Source of the DNA: an uncultured Acidimicrobiales bacterium | GTDB taxonomy: Bacteria; Actinomycetota; Acidimicrobiia; Acidimicrobiales; SHLQ01 | DNA length: 64,000 bases | Assembly: GCA_938023735.1 (NCBI GenBank) | Contig: CALJDK010000016.1 | Span: 7,145 to 71,144 of the forward strand | Direction of reading: 5' to 3' | Part shown: positions 44,283 to 54,224 of the stretch, piece after piece | Numbering within the stretch: position 1 is the stretch's first letter | How the letters are laid out: each line of letters begins with the position of its first letter | Translations under genes and position numbers: made by a program | Notes under the pieces: model-generated | What the model saw: only the letters and a program-made list of their open reading frames with translations | What the model was told of the DNA's origin: nothing | Databases searched by the model: none

Positions 44283-45182
44283 CTAGAAGTGCCACGGGAA
44301 TGCGGAGAAATCCTGGTCGCGTTTCTCGAGGAAGGCATCGCGTCCCTCGACCGCTTCGTCGGTCATGTACGCCAGGCGGGTGGCCTCGCCGGCAAAGACC
44401 TGCTGGCCGATAAGGCCATCGTCGATCAGGTTGAAGGAGAACTTGGCCATCCGTTGCGCGGTGGGGCTCTTCGAAACGATGGTGGCACCCCATTCGAGTG
44501 CGGTGGTTTCGAGGTCGGCATGGGGCACCACGGCATTCACCATGCCCATTTGGTGAGCCTCATCGGCCGAGTAGTTCCGGCCGAGGAAGAAGATTTCGCG
44601 AGCTCGCTTCTGGCCGACCTGGCGGGCCAGGTATGCCGAGCCGAACCCGCCATCGAAGCTGGCGACGTCGGTGTCGGTCTGTTTGAACACGGCGTGTTCG
44701 GCGCTTGCGAGCGTGAGGTCGCACACCACATGAAGACTGTGTCCTCCGCCAACCGCCCAGCCGGGCACCGCGGCGATAACGACTTTGGGCATGGTACGGA
44801 TAAGTCGCTGCACTTCGAGAATATGGAGCCGGCCGACCCGGGCGCCGTCGATAGAATCGGCGGTCTCGCCTTCGGCATACTTGTAGCCGTCTTTGCCGCG
44901 GATCCGCTGGTCGCCGCCCGAGCAGAACGCCCAGCCACCATCTTTGGGCGACGGTCCGTTGCCGGTGATGATGACGCAGCCGACATCGGGGGTCATGCGG
45001 GCGTGGTCGAGGGTTCGGTAGAGCTCGTCGACGGTTTGTGGTCGGAACGCGTTGCGGACCTCGGGCCGGTTAAACGCGATACGAACCACGCCGTGATCGT
45101 TGGACCGGTGGTAGGTGATATCGGCAAGATCAAAGCCAGGAACTTCAGTCCAGAGGCTGTCGTCGAAGATTTCAGAGATCAT
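44283..45182 (-). CDS. menB: 1,4-dihydroxy-2-naphthoyl-CoA synthase
   Basis: Start at MISEIFDD. Motifs RIAFNRPEVRNAF, AFCSGGDQRIRG, and C-terminus FLEKRDQDFSAFPWHF. Confidence 0.9.
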   Translation of the reverse strand: MISEIFDDSLWTEVPGFDLADITYHRSNDHGVVRIAFNRPEVRNAFRPQTVDELYRTLDHARMTPDVGCVIITGNGPSPKDGGWAFCSGGDQRIRGKDGYKYAEGETADSIDGARVGRLHILEVQRLIRTMPKVVIAAVPGWAVGGGHSLHVVCDLTLASAEHAVFKQTDTDVASFDGGFGSAYLARQVGQKRAREIFFLGRNYSADEAHQMGMVNAVVPHADLETTALEWGATIVSKSPTAQRMAKFSFNLIDDGLIGQQVFAGEATRLAYMTDEAVEGRDAFLEKRDQDFSAFPWHF

Positions 45183-45310
45183 CAAGCCGGAGCTTACGAT
45201 CCGCGCCCGCCCCGACACGAAGTGAGACAAAAACGCCACCCCAAAAACGAAAGACGGTTCCAGACACCGTATTCATATCGTATTTCGCTGGCACGTTGTT
45301 TCGTCTTGGG

Positions 45311-46426
45311 TTAGCGGAGGTGGGGGGAGCAGTGGCCTACCAGGTCCCACCGTTCGGCGGCGCGGATTGACCGGTCGAGGAAGGCGCGGAATCGGCGACG
45401 GCTGCGCTCGCCGGCCTCGCCCTCGGCATCGGCGGCGCCGACGTTGGGAACCGGCTGGCAGGCAGCGGGATACAGCGTTCCCCACGCCAACTCCTCAATG
45501 ACCTCGTCGTAGCTCCAGCTGGGCCCGCCACTCGACTCGAGGGTGGCGCGGTAGTGGTCGATCAACTCGGATTCGCGGGCAACGGTTTCGTCGCACTCGC
45601 TGGTGGCGAGGAGCCAGGCGAGATCGACGCCGGGAAAGCTCCGGAGACAGGTTTGCCAGTCGAGCACGACCGTTTCGGAATCGGTGTGGATCATGTTGTC
45701 AAGCTCGAAATCGATGTGGGTGAAGGTCCACGGTCGCTCTTCGTATTTGTCGAGCCAGAACTCGGTGTCGTTAATCCAGCTGGCGCTACAGAACTCGGCG
45801 AGCGCCGTGGAGTACACGTCGGGCTCGGCGGCCTGGAACGTGGCCCACGACTCCTGGGTGATCGGAATGCCGAGCTTCAGCGACTCGGTCTTCCAATCGA
45901 GCATCCAGTCGATCGACAGGAGTTGATCGCTCATCCAGAACTGCCCGTGCATCGTGGCCATCTTGCCGACAAGTTCGGCCATCGTCTCGAACGAAGGGGC
46001 ATTGAAGATGTTGCCATCGGTACCGTCGATTCGTTCGATGAGCAGCATGTGAGCCGATTTGTCGTCGGCCTCTTCGTTCACAAAGCACTGCGGAACGCGC
46101 ATGGGGACGGCATCGGCCAGATCGCGATAGAACCCGGCCTCGCGGATGTAGTTCTGCATGACCGAGTTGTAGAGCTGCGCCATGGGGTCATCGAGGGGAC
46201 ACTTGGCCACCATCGAGGTGGGGAGGTCGGTGGCGCCAGCCCACGTGATATCGACAATCCCGACCTCACCGAGCGCACCGACGATGCCCGGCATGGCACT
46301 TGTGGTGAGTTGTTGCACGCCAGGATGCTCGACGCCGTTGCGTTCGAGGGCCCCGTCGAGCCAGTCGGCGGTAATGCCCGAGACCGAACCGGGGATAGAA
46401 GATGCGCTGGCAGGTGAAGACGTCAT
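45311..46426 (-). CDS. Phosphotransferase, APH/CHK (EcKinase-like) family
   Basis: Start at MTSSPAS. LLIERIDG hinge-like block, and HIDFELDNMIH (HxDxxxxN catalytic loop). The track ORF is over-extended to 46765. Confidence 0.6.
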   Translation of the reverse strand: MTSSPASASSIPGSVSGITADWLDGALERNGVEHPGVQQLTTSAMPGIVGALGEVGIVDITWAGATDLPTSMVAKCPLDDPMAQLYNSVMQNYIREAGFYRDLADAVPMRVPQCFVNEEADDKSAHMLLIERIDGTDGNIFNAPSFETMAELVGKMATMHGQFWMSDQLLSIDWMLDWKTESLKLGIPITQESWATFQAAEPDVYSTALAEFCSASWINDTEFWLDKYEERPWTFTHIDFELDNMIHTDSETVVLDWQTCLRSFPGVDLAWLLATSECDETVARESELIDHYRATLESSGGPSWSYDEVIEELAWGTLYPAACQPVPNVGAADAEGEAGERSRRRFRAFLDRSIRAAERWDLVGHCSPHLR

Positions 46427-46503
46427 GCCGGGAGATCGTAGTGACGAACGCCACACCGGCACAATGTTCCCAGATCGGTGTTCCCAGATCGGTGTTCCCG
46501 GAT

Positions 46504-47568
46504 CTACAGCAGGTGGGCGCCGAGTCCTGGCTCGGCTCGAGTACTCAACATGCCGTCGACGAGCTCGAACCCGCCGGTGGCAACATCGCGCGCCAGGTCG
46601 AGGCTTCCGTCGAGATCGAGGTAGCGGGTAGCGGGCGAGGCGAGCGCGGCATGAAGCGCGGCCGAGATGCTCACAACACTTTCGTCCATGCATCCCCACA
46701 TAAGGTCGATGCCGGTGGCGTCGGCAACGTCGGCAATGCCTAGCGCCGGGCTGATTCCGCCACACTTCATGAGCTTGATATTGAAAATTCCAGCCAGTGC
46801 CGGCGGCCCAGCAAGTCGATGAGCATCGCCGGGGGAGTGCAGGGACTCATCGGCAGCGATGAGGCGGCGGTCGTCGTCGCTCAGCCGGAGAAGGTCGTCG
46901 TCGCGGTCGTCGGCCAGGGGTTGTTCGACAAACTCCACGCCGAACGGTTCGGTTTCGACGAAGAATCTGGCCAGCTCTTCGATGTTGTACCCCTGGTTCG
47001 GGTCGACGCGGATGGTGGGATCGGGGCCGATGCTGGCTCGTAGTTGTTCGAGTCGGGCGATGTCGTCGTCGATCGACTTGCCGAGCTTTACCTTGAGCGA
47101 CCGGAAGCCGCGGCCCAGGTACTCCCGGGCCTCCTCGATGACTTCGTCGACCGTGTCTTTGATGCCGATGGTGATCGATGTGGGAAGCGACGTATGGCTC
47201 CGGCCGAGCAGATCGACCACGCTGAGTCCGGCGGCCTTTGCGACCAGGTCGTGAAATGCAATATCGAGCGCGGCCCTGGCGGCTGGCGCACCGGGGTAGG
47301 CCGCCAGGATGTGCGCCCCGAGGTCCTCGAGGTCGACGTCGCAGCCGATCAAGTCGGCCGCGGCTTCGGTGAGCGCTGCGCTGGCATCGTCATTGGTTTC
47401 GCCGGTGATGAGTGGAGCGGCCGACCCGGTGCCGATGCCGACGAGTCCGCTATCGGTGTGGATCTCGACCACGTGATTCGATACCGATGTAAAGGTGGTG
47501 AACGCAATCGTGTAGGGCCGAACGAGCTCCATATCGACGAGACGATGGGTGATCTTGCTGATTTTCAT
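46504..47568 (-). CDS. Enolase-superfamily dipeptide epimerase / N-acyl-amino-acid racemase-like enzyme (MLE subgroup)
   Basis: Start at MKISKITH. Motifs SLKVKLG (KxK), RVDPNQGY, FVEQPL, AADES and MWGCMDES. Confidence 0.75.
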   Translation of the reverse strand: MKISKITHRLVDMELVRPYTIAFTTFTSVSNHVVEIHTDSGLVGIGTGSAAPLITGETNDDASAALTEAAADLIGCDVDLEDLGAHILAAYPGAPAARAALDIAFHDLVAKAAGLSVVDLLGRSHTSLPTSITIGIKDTVDEVIEEAREYLGRGFRSLKVKLGKSIDDDIARLEQLRASIGPDPTIRVDPNQGYNIEELARFFVETEPFGVEFVEQPLADDRDDDLLRLSDDDRRLIAADESLHSPGDAHRLAGPPALAGIFNIKLMKCGGISPALGIADVADATGIDLMWGCMDESVVSISAALHAALASPATRYLDLDGSLDLARDVATGGFELVDGMLSTRAEPGLGAHLL

Positions 47569-47584
47569 CGGGCGATCCTGAGGG

Positions 47585-48685
47585 TCATTCGGAGGGTTGG
47601 GTGTGAGCTGCGATGTAGGCGGTGATGGGCGCAATAAGGTCGTCGACACCGTCGAGAAGTGGAGCCACGACCGGAATGCCGAGTGTGTCACGCAGCGCAT
47701 CTCGCTCGGCTACGAGTTGTTCGGTGGTGAGATTCTCGCCGCTGAGACACACGCCCAGCACATCGCTGCCATAGTGCGAGATGAGGGCAATCTCGTCGGC
47801 GACGGGCGGGATCCGTTTGTCGATGTCCTCACAGCCATCGAACCAGGTGCGGCCCGGAGCATGTTGCAACACGGTTGCCCGAGCATCGCCCGACAACAAC
47901 AGTTCGGACCCGCAGGGCCCCGACGGGTTCCGAAGCGACGATTGTCCTTCGAGAAGAATGAGTTGGGGCTGTTCGGCCCGCCAACAGGTGACGATGGCGT
48001 GCTCGAGTTCGCCGCTCACGAAATCGTTGGGAACCGAATCGAGCACAAAGCCGTAGGTGGCGCCCTGGAGCCAGCCGGTCTGGCCGGTGGAAATCAGGGC
48101 CGACTCGACCCCGGCGTTCTGGAGTGCATGGTGCAGGAATCGAGTGGTGGTTCGTTTGCCAACCGCGCAGTCGGTGCCGAGAACCGCAAGGCGAGGAGCG
48201 CCAACGGTGTCGATCGCGCCGGTCCAGAAATGCAGCTCTGAGGCCGGCTTAGGTTTGCGAAGGTCGAGGAGTTCGAGCCCGCGCTCGTGGGCGAGGTCGA
48301 CCAGTAGCGGCGAGTCGGACAGGTACTCGTGCACGCCGGCGGCCACCGACATGTCGTGGCGAAGCGCTTCGGCGGCGGCATCGACAAGTTGCTGGGAGAG
48401 TAGTCCGCCGTGGGTGGCGACCCCGATGATGGCCCACGTGGGCTTGGTTGCACCTGCCTCGACGAGGCCAGCGAGTTCGTCAAGCGATGCGAGAACCGGA
48501 ATATCACGGGTGGTGCCGTCGAGAACAACACCGGCGTCCTGGCCAGCGTTGTTGTTGTCGACGACGGCCACGATCTCAAATCGTTCGGAGTCACGGATGA
48601 GGCCATGCGCAACTTTGGAGTAGGGCTCGTGAAGTCGCCCGCCGGTGAGTAGGACCGCCCCGGGGCGGTCATCGTCGATATCCAT
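47585..48685 (-). CDS. DUF1611 domain protein (DgcN-like)
   Basis: 366 aa. N-terminal Rossmann-like part plus a VLGTDCAVGKRTT P-loop-like block typical of DUF1611. It lies immediately upstream of the epimerase on the same strand. Confidence 0.65.
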   Translation of the reverse strand: MDIDDDRPGAVLLTGGRLHEPYSKVAHGLIRDSERFEIVAVVDNNNAGQDAGVVLDGTTRDIPVLASLDELAGLVEAGATKPTWAIIGVATHGGLLSQQLVDAAAEALRHDMSVAAGVHEYLSDSPLLVDLAHERGLELLDLRKPKPASELHFWTGAIDTVGAPRLAVLGTDCAVGKRTTTRFLHHALQNAGVESALISTGQTGWLQGATYGFVLDSVPNDFVSGELEHAIVTCWRAEQPQLILLEGQSSLRNPSGPCGSELLLSGDARATVLQHAPGRTWFDGCEDIDKRIPPVADEIALISHYGSDVLGVCLSGENLTTEQLVAERDALRDTLGIPVVAPLLDGVDDLIAPITAYIAAHTQPSE

Positions 48686-48914
48686 GTGCTGACACTAACG
48701 GCTACGGCGCGGGCGTCGAAAAGGGTGCTCGTGTTCTTGCAGGCCGGTGCTCTTGCTGGTGTTGTTTGTGTTGCTAATGTTGCTGCTGTTTGCATTGTGG
48801 CCAGTGGGAAAATTGTGTCGTATGTTGCGAAAGGGGGTCATGTTGACCAATGTGACACATGGCTTTCCTGCGGATTTTGTCATTGATGTAATCCATCCGT
48901 AATGTTTGGAGGTC

Positions 48915-49892
48915 ATGCAGCAAACTCAGGTTCCGAAAGGACCCGCAAACCGTCCGGCGGCTGGCGCCCCGTCGGGCCCGCAGGCAGCGTCTTCATCCCG
49001 CTCTCACGCAGGTGCTCGCTGGAGTGCCGAACTTCGAGCCGCAGAGATTCGCGACGTGGCCCGCCGGCGGGTTGGTTTCGTCCTTATCTTCGTCGCCACG
49101 CTGGTTCTCCTTCTCGTGCTCATCGGCCCCAGCACGGCCTCGGCCCAGCCCGAGGCGCAAGGCGCCACCGCAAACGGAGGCCCCATTGATCTGAGCGGGA
49201 TTGATCTCAACGGTGTCCAGCCTGCCGGTCCAAGTGGTGCCGCTATCGACCTGGTTCACCTTCGTATCGAACTGATCGAGAGCGAACGGATCGAATTTGA
49301 GGGCCTAGCCCAAGGCGCTGTCGATGCATCGGCTCGCGGCGATATCGACCCCAGGAAGGCAAACGAAGTTTTCCGCTTCGCCCTTGCTCAGACCCGACAG
49401 AGCGACGAAGAACTCCGCCGCCTCAACAGCATGGTGAACGCCGGCGTGCCTTGGGGGCTGTCGGTTGCCGTGTTCCCCGTCGCCGACGTGAGCGAATTTA
49501 TCGACAGCTGGGGCTTCTCCCGATCGGGCGGACGTCGCCACAAAGGCACCGACGTGCTGGCACCCCGTGGAGCCGACCTCTTCGCTATTGAAGGCGGGGT
49601 CATCGAACGTCAGGGCAACAGTCGGCTCGGCGGTTTGTCGGTCTACCTTCTTGGCGACTCCGGCGCCCGGTACTACTACACCCACCTTGACGAACTCGGT
49701 CCACAGGTTGCCGGCGAGCGCGTTGTCGCCGGCGACGTGGTGGGTGCTGTTGGCGACTCTGGCAACGCACGCGGAACCCCACATCTGCACTTCCAATGGG
49801 CCCCAGACGGTAAGACCGGATGGCAAAACCCTTATCCACTACTCGAAGCGCTGTGGGAAGCCGAGAACGGTAACCCGCCGCCAGTTCGTTAG
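48915..49892 (+). CDS. M23 family metallopeptidase (peptidoglycan endopeptidase-like)
   Basis: ATG at 48915 after GGAGG. TM/signal segment VGFVLIFVATLVLLLVLIG. Motifs HKGTDVLA (HxxxD) and PHLHFQW (HxH). Confidence 0.8.
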   Translation: MQQTQVPKGPANRPAAGAPSGPQAASSSRSHAGARWSAELRAAEIRDVARRRVGFVLIFVATLVLLLVLIGPSTASAQPEAQGATANGGPIDLSGIDLNGVQPAGPSGAAIDLVHLRIELIESERIEFEGLAQGAVDASARGDIDPRKANEVFRFALAQTRQSDEELRRLNSMVNAGVPWGLSVAVFPVADVSEFIDSWGFSRSGGRRHKGTDVLAPRGADLFAIEGGVIERQGNSRLGGLSVYLLGDSGARYYYTHLDELGPQVAGERVVAGDVVGAVGDSGNARGTPHLHFQWAPDGKTGWQNPYPLLEALWEAENGNPPPVR

Positions 49893-51109
49893 CGAAAGCG
49901 CTGGAGAGCCTCTTGCGCGCCGTCCGCCATTACCAATACCGCAGCGGAGCCGCGGGTGGCGTTGGCCACGGGCAACTCGACGGTTTCCGGACTCGTCTCG
50001 CTCATCTTCCGACCAAAGGCCACCGCGTCACTAAAGCTGAGCGTCTCGTCGATACGAATATCGCCGGTGATCGAACTGGCGATGCTGTTGAGCTTCAACG
50101 GATCGCGGACTCCCGACATCTTTCCCAAGGTTGCTCGCAGGAAGATCTGCTGCCGTTCGATACGGCCCAGATCGCCGGTTCCGTCTACTCGGGGCTGGCC
50201 ATCGATAACCTCGGTGTAGGCCCGAGAGCGCACGTAAGCCAAGGCCTGCACGCCGTCGAGGGTGGTTACACCGGGCGATGTGATGTCGAGGCCCGACTTT
50301 CGGTCGTAGGTGACATGGTCGAAGTTGACATCGATGCCGCCGACCGCGTCGACCAGATTCTTGAACCCCGCGAAGTCGACCTCGGCGTAGTGGTGGATGG
50401 GAACGCCGAGCGCATCTTGCACCGTGTTGATGAGCCGTTCGGGCCCGCCCTGAATCGCGGTATTGATACGTTGCTCTCCGCTGGTTCCCGAAATCGGCAC
50501 CCACAGATCGCGGGGCAGCGGAAGCATCAGGTTGCCGCCGTCCTGCACCCGCACAACAATGAGGGTGTCGGTGCGTTCGCCACCGACGTCGCCGATGGCT
50601 CCCGCGTCGGGAGAGTCCGGATCAAGGTTGGCCCGAGAGTCCGAGCCGACCACCAGGAAGTTGATGCCACTGGCAGCCAATCCGCCGTTGGCTCCACCCG
50701 ACGGATCGGTAAGCGCTTGCTCAACCGGTACCCGGTCGATCGACGAGAAGTTTCTGGTGAGGTACAGCAATTCGCCGACGATGCCGATGAGCAGCACCAA
50801 CACGCCGATAACGATCCAGCGGCCGTAGCGGCGACGGCGACGGGGCGGGCGTTGCAACGGAGGCTGCGAGGGCGGTTGGTGCGCGGAAAGTGCACCAGCC
50901 TCATGGGCGTCAGTCGGAGGAGCAGGCACCGAGAACGACCGTTGATCGTGGTTGGCGTGCCCGCCGTCGTCGAAGACCGACGCACCAGCCGGGGGATCGA
51001 AATCCGAGGCTCGCGGGCGGGTGGTTCGGTCGGTCCGGTTGTGAGTCGAGGGTCGTGTACGACGCCCCCGACCCTCGCTATCGGCTGTCATGCATTCCTT
51101 TACCGCCAA
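49889..51109 (-). CDS. LytR-CpsA-Psr (LCP) family cell-wall glycopolymer ligase
   Basis: N-terminal cytoplasmic tail and a TM segment (WIVIGVLVLLIGIVG). Motifs INFLVVGSDSR, RTDTLIVVRV, RINTAIQGG and HHYAEVDFAGF. Confidence 0.85.
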   Translation of the reverse strand: MAVKECMTADSEGRGRRTRPSTHNRTDRTTRPRASDFDPPAGASVFDDGGHANHDQRSFSVPAPPTDAHEAGALSAHQPPSQPPLQRPPRRRRRYGRWIVIGVLVLLIGIVGELLYLTRNFSSIDRVPVEQALTDPSGGANGGLAASGINFLVVGSDSRANLDPDSPDAGAIGDVGGERTDTLIVVRVQDGGNLMLPLPRDLWVPISGTSGEQRINTAIQGGPERLINTVQDALGVPIHHYAEVDFAGFKNLVDAVGGIDVNFDHVTYDRKSGLDITSPGVTTLDGVQALAYVRSRAYTEVIDGQPRVDGTGDLGRIERQQIFLRATLGKMSGVRDPLKLNSIASSITGDIRIDETLSFSDAVAFGRKMSETSPETVELPVANATRGSAAVLVMADGAQEALQRFR

Positions 51110-51174
51110 AGGGGCGGTAGATTAGTCAACTGCGGGCGGAGCCTCTTTTCGGCAACCGCATTTGGGACATCATT

Positions 51175-52350
51175 GTGCCTGTCATTTTGAACAATTCCGT
51201 CGCGCGGCGCATAACCGCCGTGGTGATGAGCATGCTGTTGCTCCTCACGTCCTCTGCTGGCGCGTCTGAGGAAGCCGATCTGAAGACCGAAATCGAGCAA
51301 GCCAAAGAGGCCAAGAAGGTCGCACAGGCCGAAGCTGCCGCAGCCGCCGCCCAAGTCGACGTGGCCAAAGTTGAAGCCCAGGAAGTGCAGGATGCGCTCG
51401 ATGCCATCACCGAAGCTGTCGATGCCCAGGAAGCCCGAGTCGAACGAGTAAAGCTCGAGTTGGCCAACGCTCGGCAGTTCGTCAAAGACAACAAAGTTCG
51501 CCAAGACCTCATCGCGGCAACCATCGAACAAGCTGCTCTCGACGCCAAGCGTTTCGCCGTCGACGCCTACATGGGCACCAGCGACCCCAAAGAGGTTTGG
51601 CTCGAAAACTCTGACCTTTCGCAGTCGGTTCGCAAAGTGAGCTACCTCGGCGTGGTCAACCAGGATCGAGGCGACAGCTTCGACGACCTCCGCCAACTTC
51701 GGGCCGACCAGGACGACGCCACGCAGGCCGCAAAGCAGGCTCGAGCCGATGTGAAGGCATTGTCCGACCAGGTGAAATCCGAGCTTACGTTGCTCGAACA
51801 GCGTCAAGCCGTACAGGCCGAGTTGCGCATAAAGGCCCAAGCCCGACTCGATGAATGGATCGCCAAGCAGGCCGATTCACTCGAAGATGAGGAAGAGTTC
51901 GAGGCCATTATCCGCAAGAAAGAAGCTGCGCTCGATGAGTTGCTGAATCCGCCGCCTCGCAACGGTTGGGTTCGACCAACCGCCGGAGCCGTTGGGTCGG
52001 GCTTTGGTCTACGTCGTCACCCCATCCTTGGTTATAGCCGCATGCATAACGGGATAGACATGAGTGGTGGCTTCGGCGCCGCTATCGTTGCCGCCGCGAA
52101 CGGCGAGGTTATTCACGCGGGCTGGTTCGGAGGATGCGGTTACACCGTCATCATCGCCCACGGCGGTGGCATCACCTCTCGTTACTGTCACCAGGGCGAA
52201 GGAACAATCCAGGTGAGTGTTGGTCAGAAAGTGTCTGCTGAGCAGCGCATCGGTAGCGTGGGCAGCACCGGACTCTCAACCGGGCCCCATCTGCACTTTG
52301 AAATTCGCATCAATGGGGTTGCGGTAAACCCGCTCGACTACATCCCCTAA
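51175..52350 (+). CDS. M23 family metallopeptidase with an N-terminal coiled-coil region
   Basis: A signal-like N-terminus is followed by a long heptad-rich region. Motifs HNGIDMSG and GPHLHFEIRINGVAVNP. Confidence 0.85.
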   Translation: MPVILNNSVARRITAVVMSMLLLLTSSAGASEEADLKTEIEQAKEAKKVAQAEAAAAAAQVDVAKVEAQEVQDALDAITEAVDAQEARVERVKLELANARQFVKDNKVRQDLIAATIEQAALDAKRFAVDAYMGTSDPKEVWLENSDLSQSVRKVSYLGVVNQDRGDSFDDLRQLRADQDDATQAAKQARADVKALSDQVKSELTLLEQRQAVQAELRIKAQARLDEWIAKQADSLEDEEEFEAIIRKKEAALDELLNPPPRNGWVRPTAGAVGSGFGLRRHPILGYSRMHNGIDMSGGFGAAIVAAANGEVIHAGWFGGCGYTVIIAHGGGITSRYCHQGEGTIQVSVGQKVSAEQRIGSVGSTGLSTGPHLHFEIRINGVAVNPLDYIP

Positions 52351-52541
52351 GGCAATCTCCTAAGCCGGTGATTCTTCGTCCGCGTGGCGGGATTCTCACG
52401 CAGTGTGTTAGCAATGTTGCTGATGTAAAACGTCGCAGACGTTAGTGGGTCATTGGACCCAAATCGCGGACTGCACTGGTATTTGATGGTTTCGTGCGCC
52501 AACATTGGGGTTCGGCATCTATTTGGGAGTGATGAAAACAC

Positions 52542-53282
52542 ATGGCAGCAGACCGAGGCCTTACGGGGCGCGATGTGATCGCCAAGACCTTTTCGAGCAA
52601 GAACCGAAAGGGCTATGACCCGACTGAAGTCGATACCTACCTTGAACAGGTGGCTTCGCAGATCGACTCGCTTCACGCAGAAATCGGTCGGCTAAGCGCC
52701 GAGCTCGACGCCTGTGTCGTCGAACGGAACAAGCTGGCTTCGGCACCACCGCCGCCGGCACCAGAGCCCGCCCCGCTCCCCGAGCCCGAGCCAATGGTCG
52801 CCGCTGCACCAGTAGCGCCCGTCGCTGCGGTAGCCGCAGCGCCAGCGCCCGCTCCCGCCGACGAGGGACCCGTTCAGCAAGCCGCCAACGAAGAGGCTTC
52901 CGAAGTGATCCTCCGTATGGCGCAGCGTGCCTCCGCCGATGCGATCGGCGAAGCCCGAGCACGGGCAAACGAGATCATCGCCGAAGCCGAGGTCCGCTCC
53001 ACCGAGATCGCTCGCGAGTCCGATCGCAAGGCGTTCGAAGCAGCTAGCCGTCTCCAGTCTGACCTTCGTGCCCTCGAGGGCGAGGTCGACAACCGCAAGC
53101 TCGAACTCGAGCGGGTCGAAGGCGCAATCGTGGTCGAACAACACCGACTTCGTCAGATGGCCGACGACCTCATGAGCTTGGCATCCACCTACAGCCCGCC
53201 CATGCCTGCACCGGCCGGCGACAACAACGTTATCGACCTCACCGCCAACGAAGACGCAAACGACGCACCTTCAATCGGCTAG
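52542..53282 (+). CDS. DivIVA domain-containing protein
   Basis: N-terminus FSSKNRKGYDPTEVDTYLEQVASQI. A coiled coil and an Ala/Pro-rich linker follow. Confidence 0.8.
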   Translation: MAADRGLTGRDVIAKTFSSKNRKGYDPTEVDTYLEQVASQIDSLHAEIGRLSAELDACVVERNKLASAPPPPAPEPAPLPEPEPMVAAAPVAPVAAVAAAPAPAPADEGPVQQAANEEASEVILRMAQRASADAIGEARARANEIIAEAEVRSTEIARESDRKAFEAASRLQSDLRALEGEVDNRKLELERVEGAIVVEQHRLRQMADDLMSLASTYSPPMPAPAGDNNVIDLTANEDANDAPSIG

Positions 53283-53318
53283 ATCGTTCATCCCGGCTCG
53301 ATCGCACAAACCGGCAAG

Positions 53319-54215
53319 ATGGCTGAACCCACCAGTGGTAGTGGGCTTCTCGCTTCCATTGGTGACCTGGTCGAGGATGTGGTCGTTCACCTGAACGCCG
53401 ATCCGCGGAAAGGCACCGACACGCCGGCTGCCATCGTGCGGCGGCGTGGTGGTAGCGCCGCAAATGTTGCTGCGCTAGCGGCCCGTTCGGGTACGCCGAG
53501 CCGCTTTATTGGTCAGGTCGGTAGCGACGCTCTTGGAGCGCTACTCGTTGACGACCTGTCCCGTGATGGCGTCGACACGGTCGTCACTACGCACGGCACC
53601 ACCGGCTCCATCGTGGTGCTGGTTGATCACAAGGGTGAACGGACCTTTCTCACCGACCGCGGCGCCGCCTCGGCGCTGGCATCGGTTGGCGCCGAAGCTC
53701 TCGACAACGTCGGCGTCCTCCATATGCCCGTGTACTGCCTAGCGGCCGACCCTCTGGCCCGTACCGCTTCTCGGCTCGTTGGTGATGCTTCGGCCCATCA
53801 GATTCCGGTAAGCGTCGATCTCTCATCGGTAGCAGTAATCGAAGAGTTCGGACGCGCCGAGTTGCGATCGTTTCTCGAGACACTGGCGCCAACCGTGGTA
53901 TTTGCCAACCAGGACGAACATCGGGCCATTGGCTTGGGCGAACGCGATCCCGTTCCCGGCGCTGCAGTCACCATCGTAAAGGGCGGTGCCGAGCCGACCT
54001 TGATCATCTCGCCCAAGGGCGACGTGCTGCCGGTGGCGGTGCGTCCGGTGCAAAACGTGGTCGATACCACCGGCGCCGGCGATGCCTTTGCTGCGGGTTA
54101 CCTGGGCGCACTTCTCACCGGATCTTCGCCCCGCATCGCCGTCGATGCCGCCCACCGACTTGCGGCCCGAGTGCTCGGCTCACCGGGAGCTTCGTTCGAC
54201 GCAGCACCCTGCTAG
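53319..54215 (+). CDS. psuK: PfkB-family carbohydrate kinase, probable pseudouridine kinase
   Basis: GGSAANVA and DTTGAGDAFAAGYL motifs. It lies 10 nt upstream of psuG on the same strand. Confidence 0.65.
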   Translation: MAEPTSGSGLLASIGDLVEDVVVHLNADPRKGTDTPAAIVRRRGGSAANVAALAARSGTPSRFIGQVGSDALGALLVDDLSRDGVDTVVTTHGTTGSIVVLVDHKGERTFLTDRGAASALASVGAEALDNVGVLHMPVYCLAADPLARTASRLVGDASAHQIPVSVDLSSVAVIEEFGRAELRSFLETLAPTVVFANQDEHRAIGLGERDPVPGAAVTIVKGGAEPTLIISPKGDVLPVAVRPVQNVVDTTGAGDAFAAGYLGALLTGSSPRIAVDAAHRLAARVLGSPGASFDAAPC

Positions 54216-54224
54216 GAAGAGGCC

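Noticed and set aside
48686-48914. Possible c-di-AMP (ydaO-type) riboswitch in the leader of the M23 peptidase gene, since such riboswitches often precede actinobacterial cell-wall hydrolase genes.
   Set aside because: I could not find the conserved ydaO core elements (paired ACGGGGA/CCCGAA-type segments, pseudo-two-fold architecture). The leader is GT-rich and low-complexity instead. Only a covariance-model scan could settle it.
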